A stretch of DNA of 64,000 nucleotides, taken from Verrucomicrobiota bacterium. Its GTDB lineage: Bacteria; Verrucomicrobiota; Verrucomicrobiia; Palsa-1439. The translations under genes were made by a program, and so were the position numbers. The DNA lies in NCBI GenBank assembly GCA_003164675.1, contig PLTX01000103.1, positions 37,951-101,950 on the forward strand, given 5' to 3'. Positions 29,002 to 38,724 of the stretch are shown here, in pieces; position 1 is the first letter of the stretch, and each line of letters starts with the position of its first letter. The notes under the pieces were generated by a model, which saw only the letters and a program-made list of their open reading frames with translations, had not been told where the DNA came from and did no database searches.

Positions 29002-29553
29002 ATGAAAAACAAGGGTTTGGCGCTAGGGCTGCCGCTGGCAATGCTGGTCTGCACGTCGTCTTTCTCAATGGAATTCACGGACCAAGCTGCAACACAGGCG
29101 GTTGCCCAAACCAAACCCGCTGATCCAATCTCAGAACTGCGAAATCAGGACTCGGCGTTTTCCCTTTTGATTGAAGCGTTTCGCCAGATCCAGGGGCGAA
29201 TCATCCAAAACGACTACGAAGCCCGCATCAAAGCAGCCAACGCATTGAGCGATCTGAAGACGCGCCGCTACGTTGCCCAGTTGGCCAAGGAAGAGCGCTA
29301 CCTGCGCGTGGAGAAACTCTACCACCAGATCGGGAACCTCAACCTGACCTACGATCGTACGCGCCGCGATGACGCACGCGTCCTCGCCGTCGCGGATGTC
29401 CCGATGCACATTGACACCAGCCACGCAGCCAAGACGCTGATGGATTTCGTTTTCGTCGCGCCGACCGCTCCCGACAAGGACGGCGAGATCAAGACCACGA
29501 CGGTTCCGGCAAAGAACTACCTCCTCGACAAGATGCCGGATCCAGCCGACTAA
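29002..29553 (+). CDS. secreted hypothetical protein
   Basis: 183-aa ORF with an N-terminal signal peptide. No recognised domain. Confidence 0.55.
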   Translation: MKNKGLALGLPLAMLVCTSSFSMEFTDQAATQAVAQTKPADPISELRNQDSAFSLLIEAFRQIQGRIIQNDYEARIKAANALSDLKTRRYVAQLAKEERYLRVEKLYHQIGNLNLTYDRTRRDDARVLAVADVPMHIDTSHAAKTLMDFVFVAPTAPDKDGEIKTTTVPAKNYLLDKMPDPAD

Positions 29554-29556
29554 TCG

Positions 29557-30405
29557 CTATTTGCGGATAAACATCCGCGCGAATTGCTCGTACACCCGCG
29601 CCGATACCGGCCCCGGCTTGCCGTTCCCGATTTGTTTTCCATCCACAGTCGCGACCGGCGTCACTTCCGCGGTCGTGCTGCTCAGAAACACTTCCGGCGC
29701 GGACAGAAGCTCGGATTTCGTGATCCGCTCTTCGGCTGTCTCGATCCCCACCGCGCGCGTCGCTTCCAACAGCTTGTCGCGCGTGACGCCCGGCAAAATG
29801 CGCGTGCCTTTCGGAGGCGTGCGCAACCGCCCCTGCGCAACCACAAACACGTTGCCGGCGGTCGACTCGTTCACCGTGCCGTCGTCCCCGACAAAGATGG
29901 CGTCGTTTGCGCCCGCCTTCTTCGCCGCTTGATACGCGAGCACGCTCGGCAGCAACGCGATGCTCTTGATATCGCACCGCGCCCAGCGAAACTCCGGTAC
30001 CGTGATGACCGCGATGCCGGTCTCGCGAACCTTCGCCGCGGGCGGACCCAACTTGCGCACGGTCATCACAATCGTGGGTTCCGCGTCTTTCGGCATTCCG
30101 CGATGGCGCGGGGCGCAACCGCGTGTGATTTGGAGGTAAACGATCGCCTCTGCGAAACTGGATCGCCGAATTCCCTCGTCGATGATCGATTTCCATTGTT
30201 CGACGCTGAGCGGATTCTTCAGCTCGATCGCTTCGAGGCTGCGGGAAAGTCGCGCCAGATGTTCGCCCGTCGCGAACGGTTTGCCGTTGTACGTGCGCAC
30301 CACCTCGTACACGCCGTCCGCGAACTGAAATCCACGGTCCTCCACGCGAACGGTGGCGCGTTCGAGAGGCAGAAACTCTCCATTGACATAGGCAATCTCG
30401 GGCAT
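29557..30405 (-). CDS. class IV aminotransferase (D-amino-acid / branched-chain aminotransferase family)
   Basis: VEDRGFQFADGVYEVVR, plus the length and overall layout typical of the Dat/IlvE fold-type IV family. Confidence 0.85.
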   Translation of the reverse strand: MPEIAYVNGEFLPLERATVRVEDRGFQFADGVYEVVRTYNGKPFATGEHLARLSRSLEAIELKNPLSVEQWKSIIDEGIRRSSFAEAIVYLQITRGCAPRHRGMPKDAEPTIVMTVRKLGPPAAKVRETGIAVITVPEFRWARCDIKSIALLPSVLAYQAAKKAGANDAIFVGDDGTVNESTAGNVFVVAQGRLRTPPKGTRILPGVTRDKLLEATRAVGIETAEERITKSELLSAPEVFLSSTTAEVTPVATVDGKQIGNGKPGPVSARVYEQFARMFIRK

Positions 30406-30567
30406 TAGTCGGTCATCCCCCTTGTCGAGAAATCGACACGCCGACTATAGGATTGCGCTCGCCGCCTGTCAATGGCAGCGGCTTCGACGTCAATGCCTGT
30501 TTTGCCTATTTTTGCATTGAATTCCAAGCTCGGTTCTTCTACGGTTCGGCTTGGGGGACCTTGAATT

Positions 30568-31722
30568 ATGGGAGGAAATCGTAGAAGTCCGAGGTTCGTC
30601 TCGGCGACCGCTGTTTTTTTCGTGGCCGCGTGTCTCTGCGCCACGGTCCCGACGGTGTTCGGGGCCACGGAAACCAATTCCGCACCTGCCGCCAAGGACC
30701 AGCCTCCCGATAGCGAAGCCGCGTGGGCACAGCATGTCGTCCAGTCGTATCAACAACTTCAAGAACAGCAGCAATCCATGATGCGGGAGATCGAGCGGCA
30801 GCGCCAGGACGCCGCCACCGACGCCCGCGCCGTGGAACAAGCCCGCGAAGACGCCGAAGCCGCGGCGAAACGCAACAGCGAGGAAGTCGAATCGCGCCTC
30901 AACCGCATCGAGCAATCCGTCACCGCGGAGCGCGAACGCGAGATCGAGGTGATGCAAAGCTCGCATCGTTTCACTCTCATCATGGTCGGTATCTTCGCTG
31001 GCGCCGGGTTCTTCGGCATGTTGTTTTTCGCGGTATTCCTGTTGCGCATCATGAACCGCCGCACCGAAACCATGATCGCGCAGTTCACCGCGCACGCTCT
31101 CGGCCCCGGTTTCAACTCCGCCGCGCTTGGCACGGGTGAGACACAAGTGGTTCCGCTCAACCGTGTCGAACAGTCCACCACGCGTTTCCTCAACACCATC
31201 GAGCGGCTGGAACAGCGCATCAGCGAACTCGAAGGCGCGGCGGAGCCGGCGCCCGACATTGAGGATCGCGCGCCGAAGAGGCCCGTCGAGTTACCGCCGG
31301 ACACGGGAGAAGCCCGGGTTGAATCGCCGGAGCCAAAAGCCGCGACCGAGGCGGATTCGACCCTGACACACGCCAAGACCGAGAAAGCCGAGCGGGACGC
31401 CCGCATCGCGTTGTTGCTCGGCAAGGGCCAGGCCCATCTCAACCTCCAACAAGCCGACACGGCGCTGACGTGCTTCGACGAAGTGATCGCGCTCGACCCG
31501 ACGAATGCCGAGGCGTTCGTCAAGAAGGGAATGGCGTTGGAACACCTGGGGACACTCGATGAAGCCATCGACTGCTACGACCGCGCCATCGCTCTGGATA
31601 ATTCGATGACGATGGCCTACCTCAGCAAAGGCGGGGTGTTCAATCGGCTCGAGCGCTACGGCGAAGCGCTGCAGTGCTACGAACAGGCGTTACGCGCGCA
31701 GCAGAAACCCGGCGTCGCGTAG
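30568..31722 (+). CDS. membrane-associated coiled-coil / TPR protein
   Basis: Signal or anchor segment, coiled coil, internal TM helix and C-terminal TPRs (ALTCFDEVIALDPTNAEAFVKKGMALEHLGTLDEAIDCYDRAIALD). Confidence 0.7.
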   Translation: MGGNRRSPRFVSATAVFFVAACLCATVPTVFGATETNSAPAAKDQPPDSEAAWAQHVVQSYQQLQEQQQSMMREIERQRQDAATDARAVEQAREDAEAAAKRNSEEVESRLNRIEQSVTAEREREIEVMQSSHRFTLIMVGIFAGAGFFGMLFFAVFLLRIMNRRTETMIAQFTAHALGPGFNSAALGTGETQVVPLNRVEQSTTRFLNTIERLEQRISELEGAAEPAPDIEDRAPKRPVELPPDTGEARVESPEPKAATEADSTLTHAKTEKAERDARIALLLGKGQAHLNLQQADTALTCFDEVIALDPTNAEAFVKKGMALEHLGTLDEAIDCYDRAIALDNSMTMAYLSKGGVFNRLERYGEALQCYEQALRAQQKPGVA

Positions 31723-32268
31723 GTTCACGCGGCCGGGTTGCGCCGCGGCGTTCTCGGCTTCGAGCGCTTTCCGGGCCAGCTGGAACTTCTGCCGCATCAA
31801 CTCGCGTTTCTCTTCCTCGGCGGCGAGCAACTGCTTCTCCAACTCGGCGATGCGGTTTTCGTACGCGGCGAACCGGTCCTGGACGGTCACCTGCGCCCGG
31901 GCGATCCGTTCTTCCAGGTCGGCCATGCGCTTGGTGGCCTCGGCCTGCGTGTCGATGAGCGTTTCGCGTTGCGCGAACAGCGCCTGCACGAGCCGGTTCA
32001 TCATCATCCGCGCCAGATACGGAATTAACGCCATCCGCAAAGCCGTGGACCCGCCTTCGACGCGTTCCCCGGACCGATGGATCAGCTCCATGCCACCAGC
32101 GACGGGCGCGTTGGCGCACCGGGTCGGTTCCGCTGAGAAGAATTCCGTGATGGAATACGGGGGCACGACGATCCGATCCGCGCAGTTCGTGCAGGATACA
32201 ACGCCGCCAATGCCAGCTTCCACGACGGCAAGCTTCTGGCCACAATTCAGGCAACGAAACTTGATCAC
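31690..32268 (-). CDS. zinc-ribbon plus coiled-coil protein
   Basis: MIKFRCLNCGQKLAVVEAGIGGVVSCTNCADRIVVPP ribbon followed by a coiled coil. Paralogous ribbon to those at 57.5-58.7 kb. Confidence 0.65.
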   Translation of the reverse strand: MIKFRCLNCGQKLAVVEAGIGGVVSCTNCADRIVVPPYSITEFFSAEPTRCANAPVAGGMELIHRSGERVEGGSTALRMALIPYLARMMMNRLVQALFAQRETLIDTQAEATKRMADLEERIARAQVTVQDRFAAYENRIAELEKQLLAAEEEKRELMRQKFQLARKALEAENAAAQPGRVNLRDAGFLLRA

Positions 32269-32440
32269 GACTCGATCACGGTCCCTCCTTGGTGAAACCG
32301 TCCGGCTACCATGGCGCGGCCTTTCGCGTGAGTCAATCCAAATTCAGTGTTTTATGAGAGAAAAGGCTTGCCGCGCACCTGCCGTGACAGTCGCGCCCGC
32401 ACTTGCAGTGGCGCGTGGCTGTGCTAATAATCGTGCCGCC

Positions 32441-32725
32441 ATGGGACTAAGTATCGAAGATTTCCAGCATGAGATCGCCGCCGCGGTGAAGAGCTACGAC
32501 AAGTTTGTCGTGTGCGTCGAGAAAACGCCGGACGAATTCCTCAAGAGCCTGCAATCGCTGATGGGAAAAGCGATTACTGCGTTCGAAAATCGCGCGCCGG
32601 GCCTGCGTCACGGCATTGCGCTGGATCGGCAGGTGACCATCATGCTTAGCCAGAACGATGATGCGCGCCCGTTGTGCGGTATTTATTTCAACCTGCATTC
32701 CCCGTTCCGCAAGAAATCCGGCTGA
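32441..32725 (+). CDS. small hypothetical protein
   Basis: Only the last 94 codons of track ORF 31850..32725 are non-overlapping and look protein-like (MGLSIEDFQHEIAAAVKSYDKF...). The upstream part is antisense to the preceding gene. Confidence 0.4.
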   Translation: MGLSIEDFQHEIAAAVKSYDKFVVCVEKTPDEFLKSLQSLMGKAITAFENRAPGLRHGIALDRQVTIMLSQNDDARPLCGIYFNLHSPFRKKSG

Positions 32726-32878
32726 GGAGGGTGTGTTCTCATTTCTGCGTCCGGAAGGGTCGTCCTCTGGCCGGAATCTTTCTCTGGTAACCAGGGAACC
32801 TTGTGCGGCCGAAAAAATCTTCAAAAAAATCGCTGACTCGCATTGACGCGGCGCGATTTTCGCTTAGGTTCTTGTAGC

Positions 32879-35053
32879 ATGGCGGGACGAAACGCAGTTC
32901 GGCCCGCGGCTGCGAGACTCATGGCGGTCAGCGGGGTGTGCTTGCTGGCGGGGTTGGCCAGCAGTGTCCGGGTCAATGCCCAATCCGTCCTGTTCGCTTT
33001 TACACGCGGGAAACCCAACGACGCCGTCGAGTTACGCGCCGTTGACATCTCGCCTGCTCCCAGCGATTCGGGTCTGGCCTTGCGCGTGGATGGCGAAGAC
33101 GACCCGGCGTGGGCGGGCATTGTATTGAAAGCCCCGCACGGACGCTGGAACCTTTCCGAGCATGACGGGCTGCTCCTCGATGTCCGCAACGTCGGCGACG
33201 CCGACCTCACCATCGAATGCCGCGTCGAAAACGCCGACGCCGATCCTCCGCTGCACTGCAACAAAGGCCTGGTGACGCTGGCCCCGGGCGCGCGCGGCAC
33301 GTTGGAAGTGTGGTTCAAGCGGTCGGCCTTCAGTTTGGCGTCGCTGCCCATGTTCGGGATGCGCGCGTTCCCGCCGCCGGACCCGGGCGAGAACACGATT
33401 GACCCGTCCGCGATTGCGCGGGTGGCCATTCTTGTACTGAAACCGAAAGGCAAATTCAGTTTTGAGATTGGCGACGTGCGGCTGAGCGAGTTGAGGGCCA
33501 GCGCCACGCGACCGAACGAGGAATTGCGCTCGCTGTTTCCGTTCATTGACACGTTTGGCCAATACATCCACGCGGATTGGCCGAACAAGATCCACTCGAC
33601 CGGGGAGTTGACCTCGAAACGCTTTGCCGAGACGACCGAACTGGAATCCAGGCGGGGCACGAGGTCGTGGGACAAATACGGCGGCTGGAAACGCGGGCCG
33701 CTGCTCCTGGGAACGGGGTTCTTTCGCACCGCCAAGTATGATGGGAAATGGTGGCTGGTCGATCCGGACGGACGATTGTTCTTCTCGAACGGGATCGACT
33801 GCATCTGGCCTGGCGAATCGACGCCCGTCGACGGGCGCGCGGCGTGGTTCCAGGATTTTCCGGGCAGCCAGGAGGATTTCCGACAATTCCTGTCGCCGGG
33901 AAGCCAGCCGCAATGGGGCCATTACCTCGACGCAACGCCGTCCGCGTTCGATTTCGCGGGAGTCAACCTGAAACGCAAATACGGCGCGAACTGGCGGAAC
34001 AGTTTCAACGACACCACGCAACAGCGGCTGCGGAGTTGGGGCCTCAACACCATCGGCAACTGGTCCGACCCGAAGTTGTGCGCACAGGATCGGACGCCTT
34101 ACGTGGCGGCGGTGCATTTTGCCAGCAAACCGCTCGAAGGAACGAAGGGTTACTGGGGACGATTTCGCGATGTGTTCGACCCGAATTTCGGCAGGCAACT
34201 GCGCGCCAGCATGGCTGACCAGGCCGCTGCGAGCGCCGACGATCCGTGGTGCATTGGTTATTTTATCGACAACGAACTGATCTGGGGGACGGACATCTCG
34301 CTGGCGCTGGCGACGCTGGATTCGCCCGCGTATCAGGCGGCCAAACAGGTTTTCGTGTCCGATCTGATGGCGAAATATCGGTTGATCGACAAACTGAATG
34401 CGGCGTGGGGCATGCAGTACAAGTCGTGGAGCGACATCATCGAAAGCCGCGACATGCCCGACAAGACGCGCGCGCATGATGATCTGGTGGCGTTTTATCG
34501 GCACACGGTGCACGAGTACTTCAAGCTGTGCCGGCAAGCGGTGCGCGAGACGGCCCCGAACCATCTTTACCTCGGCTGCCGGTTTGCGGGTGTGAACCCC
34601 GAGGTCGTCGAAATCGCCGCGCACTACTGCGATGTGCTCAGCTACAACATCTATCGGCGTTCGGTGGCTGATTTCCGTTTACCCGCCGGTGTCGACACAC
34701 CCGTGATCATCGGCGAATTTCACTTTGGAGCGACCGACCGCGGGCAATTTAGCCCAGGACTGGTGAGGGTTAAGGATCAAGCGGAGCGCGCCGCCGCCTA
34801 CGCGGGTTTCGTGAGTGACGCGCTCCGCCATCCCAACATCGTCGGCTGCCACTGGTTCTCGTACCGCGACGAGCCGACCACGGGGCGGGCGCTCGATGGT
34901 GAGAATTACCAGAACGGCTTTGTGGATGTGGCCGACACGCCCTACACCGAAACTGTCAACGCCGCTCGCGACATCGGCTATAAGATGTACGACATCCGCG
35001 CCGGCGCCGAGCTGCCGCCGCGCGCCGCCACCCAGCTTACCGCCAAACGTTGA
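32879..35053 (+). CDS. secreted TIM-barrel glycoside hydrolase-like protein (GH42/GH50-like; family uncertain)
   Basis: ATG at 32879 followed by a signal peptide. An N-terminal beta-rich module is followed by WGLNTIGNWSD...IGYFIDNELIWG...IIGEFHFGA (candidate acid/base NE and nucleophile E motifs). Confidence 0.6.
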   Translation: MAGRNAVRPAAARLMAVSGVCLLAGLASSVRVNAQSVLFAFTRGKPNDAVELRAVDISPAPSDSGLALRVDGEDDPAWAGIVLKAPHGRWNLSEHDGLLLDVRNVGDADLTIECRVENADADPPLHCNKGLVTLAPGARGTLEVWFKRSAFSLASLPMFGMRAFPPPDPGENTIDPSAIARVAILVLKPKGKFSFEIGDVRLSELRASATRPNEELRSLFPFIDTFGQYIHADWPNKIHSTGELTSKRFAETTELESRRGTRSWDKYGGWKRGPLLLGTGFFRTAKYDGKWWLVDPDGRLFFSNGIDCIWPGESTPVDGRAAWFQDFPGSQEDFRQFLSPGSQPQWGHYLDATPSAFDFAGVNLKRKYGANWRNSFNDTTQQRLRSWGLNTIGNWSDPKLCAQDRTPYVAAVHFASKPLEGTKGYWGRFRDVFDPNFGRQLRASMADQAAASADDPWCIGYFIDNELIWGTDISLALATLDSPAYQAAKQVFVSDLMAKYRLIDKLNAAWGMQYKSWSDIIESRDMPDKTRAHDDLVAFYRHTVHEYFKLCRQAVRETAPNHLYLGCRFAGVNPEVVEIAAHYCDVLSYNIYRRSVADFRLPAGVDTPVIIGEFHFGATDRGQFSPGLVRVKDQAERAAAYAGFVSDALRHPNIVGCHWFSYRDEPTTGRALDGENYQNGFVDVADTPYTETVNAARDIGYKMYDIRAGAELPPRAATQLTAKR

Positions 35054-36437
35054 CGCGCGCGCGTCCACCCGCCAGCGAACCCATGGGGTCCCAAGGCGGC
35101 AAGACGATGGGCGGCAACTCGAGTGCCTTTTGCAGGAGCTTGGGCAGAGCGCTCTTGCGGGTGGCGATCTCGAACATATATTCGTCAAACCACGAATCGT
35201 TCATCACGAAGAACCCTTTGCGGCCGCATTTTTCCTCGCCCCAACTGTTCTCGACACGCCAGCGACGCGGGCGGCGATTGACCACGTCCACGCCCGTGAA
35301 CAACATGGCGTGAGTCATGGCGGTCTGGTGATAGACGAGGCGGTTGGCCTTGTCCAAGCGGAAGGCCGTATCGTACATCGCCTCGTAATCGAACAGATTC
35401 TTGTCCCACAACCCCAGGTCGCGGCGCATCATTTTGCCGACATCGCAGCCCATCCAGACCGGCTCGCCCCTGACGATGCTGCGCATGGTGAGTTCCTTCA
35501 TCAGGCCGATGTCGACATTGAGATAGAGTACGATGCCGCCCCCAACGACATTACCGAGATGCTCGACGGTGAAGGTGCGGTTGAATGGGCTGGTCGGTCG
35601 CGGGTCGTGAACCAGGCAGACGTATTCGTCGATGGGGAGCGTGAGATATTGCCTCGCGAACCGTTGCGGCGTCATTTCTCCCGCGCGATGGAATTTCCTG
35701 TTCTTATCGTTCCATTGCCAGGGGAACCTCGTGGGCGGAGTACCGAGGTGGATGCAGAGGATGCGGTGGACGACGGTGAGGATCTCCCGTTTGGCCGCCC
35801 GGGTTTGTTCCAGCGAAGCCCCGCGGGCACGAAGTTCGCGCAGCGATTTGGCTCCTTCGCGCAGCTTGTGCACGAGGAGGCTGTTCATCCGCCAGGTGCT
35901 GGACGAGCTTTCGGTTTCGGGCATCAGGGCCTTCGGCACGAGCCCGTGTTTGCGGACGATGTTGACGAACATGTTCCACTGTCCGCCATCGTTGAGCGGC
36001 TCCGAGAGCAGGAAGGCCACGACGCGGTCGTCCACGGGCCGGGCGGCGGTCTCGATGATGTTCTCGAGGAAATAATTCGCGCGCTCGATCTTGTCCCAAA
36101 ACAGCGTGTAATTCTGGCTGAACTCGAACTCCTTGAGCTTCATTTTCTTCATCGCGCCGACGCGCAGCAGGTTCAGTCCCGCGAACATCCAGCAGCGGCC
36201 CGATTGTTTTTGATGGGTCACCGCCCAGTCATCGAGCCAATGCGAGAAGGTGAAATCGGTGTTCGTGACGACGTCGCGGTTCAAAGCCACGTCGTCCACG
36301 GGCGTCTGCGTCACCGCATTCATCGCCAGTTTGTACGCCGGATTGGCCTGAAACGCGTGACGCAGATCGATCAGCAATTGCGGCGTCAACCGCCCGTCAG
36401 CCGAGGTGTCCCCGGCGCGGGGTGAACGGGCCGGCAT
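35037..36437 (-). CDS. pepC: aminopeptidase C / bleomycin hydrolase (peptidase C1B)
   Basis: Catalytic Cys motif QKQSGRCWMFAG and C-terminal HAMLFTGVD...WRVENSWG. The start could lie anywhere from the ATG at 36437 to 36566. Confidence 0.88.
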   Translation of the reverse strand: MPARSPRAGDTSADGRLTPQLLIDLRHAFQANPAYKLAMNAVTQTPVDDVALNRDVVTNTDFTFSHWLDDWAVTHQKQSGRCWMFAGLNLLRVGAMKKMKLKEFEFSQNYTLFWDKIERANYFLENIIETAARPVDDRVVAFLLSEPLNDGGQWNMFVNIVRKHGLVPKALMPETESSSSTWRMNSLLVHKLREGAKSLRELRARGASLEQTRAAKREILTVVHRILCIHLGTPPTRFPWQWNDKNRKFHRAGEMTPQRFARQYLTLPIDEYVCLVHDPRPTSPFNRTFTVEHLGNVVGGGIVLYLNVDIGLMKELTMRSIVRGEPVWMGCDVGKMMRRDLGLWDKNLFDYEAMYDTAFRLDKANRLVYHQTAMTHAMLFTGVDVVNRRPRRWRVENSWGEEKCGRKGFFVMNDSWFDEYMFEIATRKSALPKLLQKALELPPIVLPPWDPMGSLAGGRARVNVWR

Positions 36438-36781
36438 TTTGTGGCCGCCGCCGTTGGACGAGCTTCGATTGCGCTTGGGGATCTTTGCCACAATTAACCT
36501 CCTGTTGCTCCGTTCGAACCGAGATTTGTCATCTGACTTTGGTTCCTGCGACCGATCACCGACCATTCAGTCGGAGGAGTCCTCATCGTATCACTTTTGA
36601 CAATGCCGACAAGCCGGTTCTGAGCGTTGAGGTGCGGGCGTTGCTCGGCATCAAAGCGATGCGGGACAAGGGTCTCGGCGTTCGCTCACCGCAGGAATAC
36701 CATGCAGAGCTTCTGTGACACACCGATGGTTGTCTCCCGAACGGCTTCGGCGGCTCATAGAGCCGCCGCTACAACACACTC

Positions 36782-37519
36782 CTACGCGCCTTCTTCGCTT
36801 TCGGGAGCCAGTTCCGCCTTCGGGCCAATGCGCAACGTCGCTTTCAAACCGCCGCCGTCCTCGACGATGAGGTGCTCTGTTTGAACTTCGCCTTCGAGCA
36901 GACCGCCCGGTTTCACAATAATGACGCCGGTGGCTTCGAGCCGGGCGCTAAGCGTGCCAAGGACCTCGACGTTGCGGTACTTCGCTTCCTGCTTGAACTT
37001 GAAATCCGCCCCCGGCGCGATGCGAAGATCGGGACCCGACACGGCTTTTTCCGAAAAGATCGCGCCCGCGCCAAGCTCGAGTGTCCGCAGCGCGCGCGCC
37101 CGTCCGCCTTCAATAATTCCTTCGAGGATGACGTCGGCGCCGATGAGATCGCCGTTTTTCAGGACGCCGGTCGGGGTGAGCCGGATCGTTCCCGCGGTCT
37201 TGATTGTATCGACCCACTCCGTATCGATGATGTGATCGCTGAGGTCGAGCAACGCGCGGCACTTGGGACAATGCGTGGTGGTCGCGCGTCCATGCACCTG
37301 AAACTTGTACCCGCATTCGTAGCAGTCGATCTGGTGTTTGACGGGAACCGTGGTGCGCGCCACCCGCGCGCCCGGCTTCTGGGGGTCGTGCGCCGCTTCG
37401 TCGGACGCGCCATGGCTGTCCGGGGCGGGCGGTTGCGTGGCGGGCGCCGGCTTGGTGCGCGCGACGGCGCGAATGGTCGCGTAGCTATCGAGTGTGTTGA
37501 CCTTGCGGTTCTTGGTCAC
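36782..37519 (-). CDS. bactofilin-domain protein with N-terminal zinc ribbon
   Basis: CYECGYKFQVHGRATTTHCPKCRALL ribbon followed by beta-helical bactofilin-like repeats (GDLIGADVILEGIIEGG...). Confidence 0.7.
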   Translation of the reverse strand: MTKNRKVNTLDSYATIRAVARTKPAPATQPPAPDSHGASDEAAHDPQKPGARVARTTVPVKHQIDCYECGYKFQVHGRATTTHCPKCRALLDLSDHIIDTEWVDTIKTAGTIRLTPTGVLKNGDLIGADVILEGIIEGGRARALRTLELGAGAIFSEKAVSGPDLRIAPGADFKFKQEAKYRNVEVLGTLSARLEATGVIIVKPGGLLEGEVQTEHLIVEDGGGLKATLRIGPKAELAPESEEGA

Positions 37520-37564
37520 CGCTCGCTCCCGTTCTGGTGCGCGCCGCGAACGGCACGGCGCGCG

Positions 37565-37999
37565 TTAGCGCCGCGCAAACGATCGGACCGTCGCGGCTTC
37601 CGCGCGTTCGTCCTCGGTTGCCTCAGCCGCCTCGGTCACGACCGGCGCCACGTCGCTGATCGGCGAACCCGAAGGGTTGACCTCGGAACGGCCGACGAAC
37701 ATCACGCCGTCCTCGACGCTCAGGCGCTTCGCGCGGATGTCGCCCGTCACGCGCGCCGTCGATTTCATCTCGATGCGGTCTTTGGCGGTGATGTTGCCGT
37801 GGACCGCGCCTTCGATGCATGCGGAGCTGACCACAATGTTGCCCTTGATCTGCGCGGACTTGCCGATGACGGCGTCGCCGGCGCAATGTAACTCGCCCTC
37901 CAGCTTCCCGTCGATGCGGAGGGAGCCGGAACCTTTGATGGTGCCGGTGATTTCGACTTCGCTGGAAATGACTGACTGCGGAGTTGCGTCGTTGTCCAT
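37565..37999 (-). CDS. bactofilin (CcmA-like)
   Basis: ATG at 37999 behind a GGAGGA RBS. EITGTIKGSGSLRIDGKLEGELHCAGDAVIGKSAQIKGNIV...VHGNITAKDRIEM is a canonical bactofilin repeat. Confidence 0.85.
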   Translation of the reverse strand: MDNDATPQSVISSEVEITGTIKGSGSLRIDGKLEGELHCAGDAVIGKSAQIKGNIVVSSACIEGAVHGNITAKDRIEMKSTARVTGDIRAKRLSVEDGVMFVGRSEVNPSGSPISDVAPVVTEAAEATEDERAEAATVRSFARR

Positions 38000-38147
38000 A
38001 AGATTATCCTCCAAGTTTCCTCCATTGGGCGGGACGCCATGCCCACCGCCCAAACTCGCGGGAATCAGAGTCGCAAAAACCGCCAGCGGTGACAAGGCGA
38101 AATACCGCGCGGCACGAAAAAGATGCGAGGGGCCGCGATGGCGACGG

Positions 38148-38648
38148 TCAACGGCCTTTTAGCAATTGCTGAAACGCGGGGGACAGGCGCAACTCGGAGA
38201 AATCGGGCTCGGCCTTCGCGAGCGCCTTCAATTTCGGATCAAGATGCAGGGCGTTTCGGAGCATTTCGATCGCTTCCTGCGGGCGTTGCTGCTTGGCGCG
38301 GTAGCAGGCCATGTTGTAATGCGCCAGGGCGTCCTTGGGATTGGCGTCGAAAGCCCGTTGCAGCGTGTCCACGGCCGCGTCGAGCGATTGCGTGCGTCGG
38401 CGAATGTAGGCCAGGTTGATCCAAATGCCGGCATCCCGTGGATTCAGCTCGGCGAGCTTGGCGACAACCGGTTCGGCTTCGCTCAATCGGTTGGCCTGCC
38501 AGAGCGCGGCGGATTTGAGCGCGATCGCCTGGGAAAGGTTTGGAGACAGCGCCAACGCCAAGTCGGCCTCCTGGACGGCATCGTCATACATCCTCAGGTC
38601 CAGGTAGCCGGACGCGTACTCGACGTGTTTCTGAACTTCGGGCTTCAT
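38148..38648 (-). CDS. TPR repeat protein
   Basis: 166 aa made entirely of TPR-like helical repeats. Confidence 0.7.
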   Translation of the reverse strand: MKPEVQKHVEYASGYLDLRMYDDAVQEADLALALSPNLSQAIALKSAALWQANRLSEAEPVVAKLAELNPRDAGIWINLAYIRRRTQSLDAAVDTLQRAFDANPKDALAHYNMACYRAKQQRPQEAIEMLRNALHLDPKLKALAKAEPDFSELRLSPAFQQLLKGR

Positions 38649-38724
38649 GGCTCGAACTCTCGATTCACTATGGCATCGTTATAAAAATATAGCAAGCGCC
38701 CCGGCATTTTGTCATGGTAGCGAT

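Noticed and set aside
31850-32440. 5' two-thirds of the 291-aa ORF 31850..32725.
   Set aside because: It is antisense to the well-supported zinc-ribbon/coiled-coil gene 31690..32268 and has an Ala/Arg/Ser-rich composition. Only the 3' 94 codons were kept, as a low-confidence gene.
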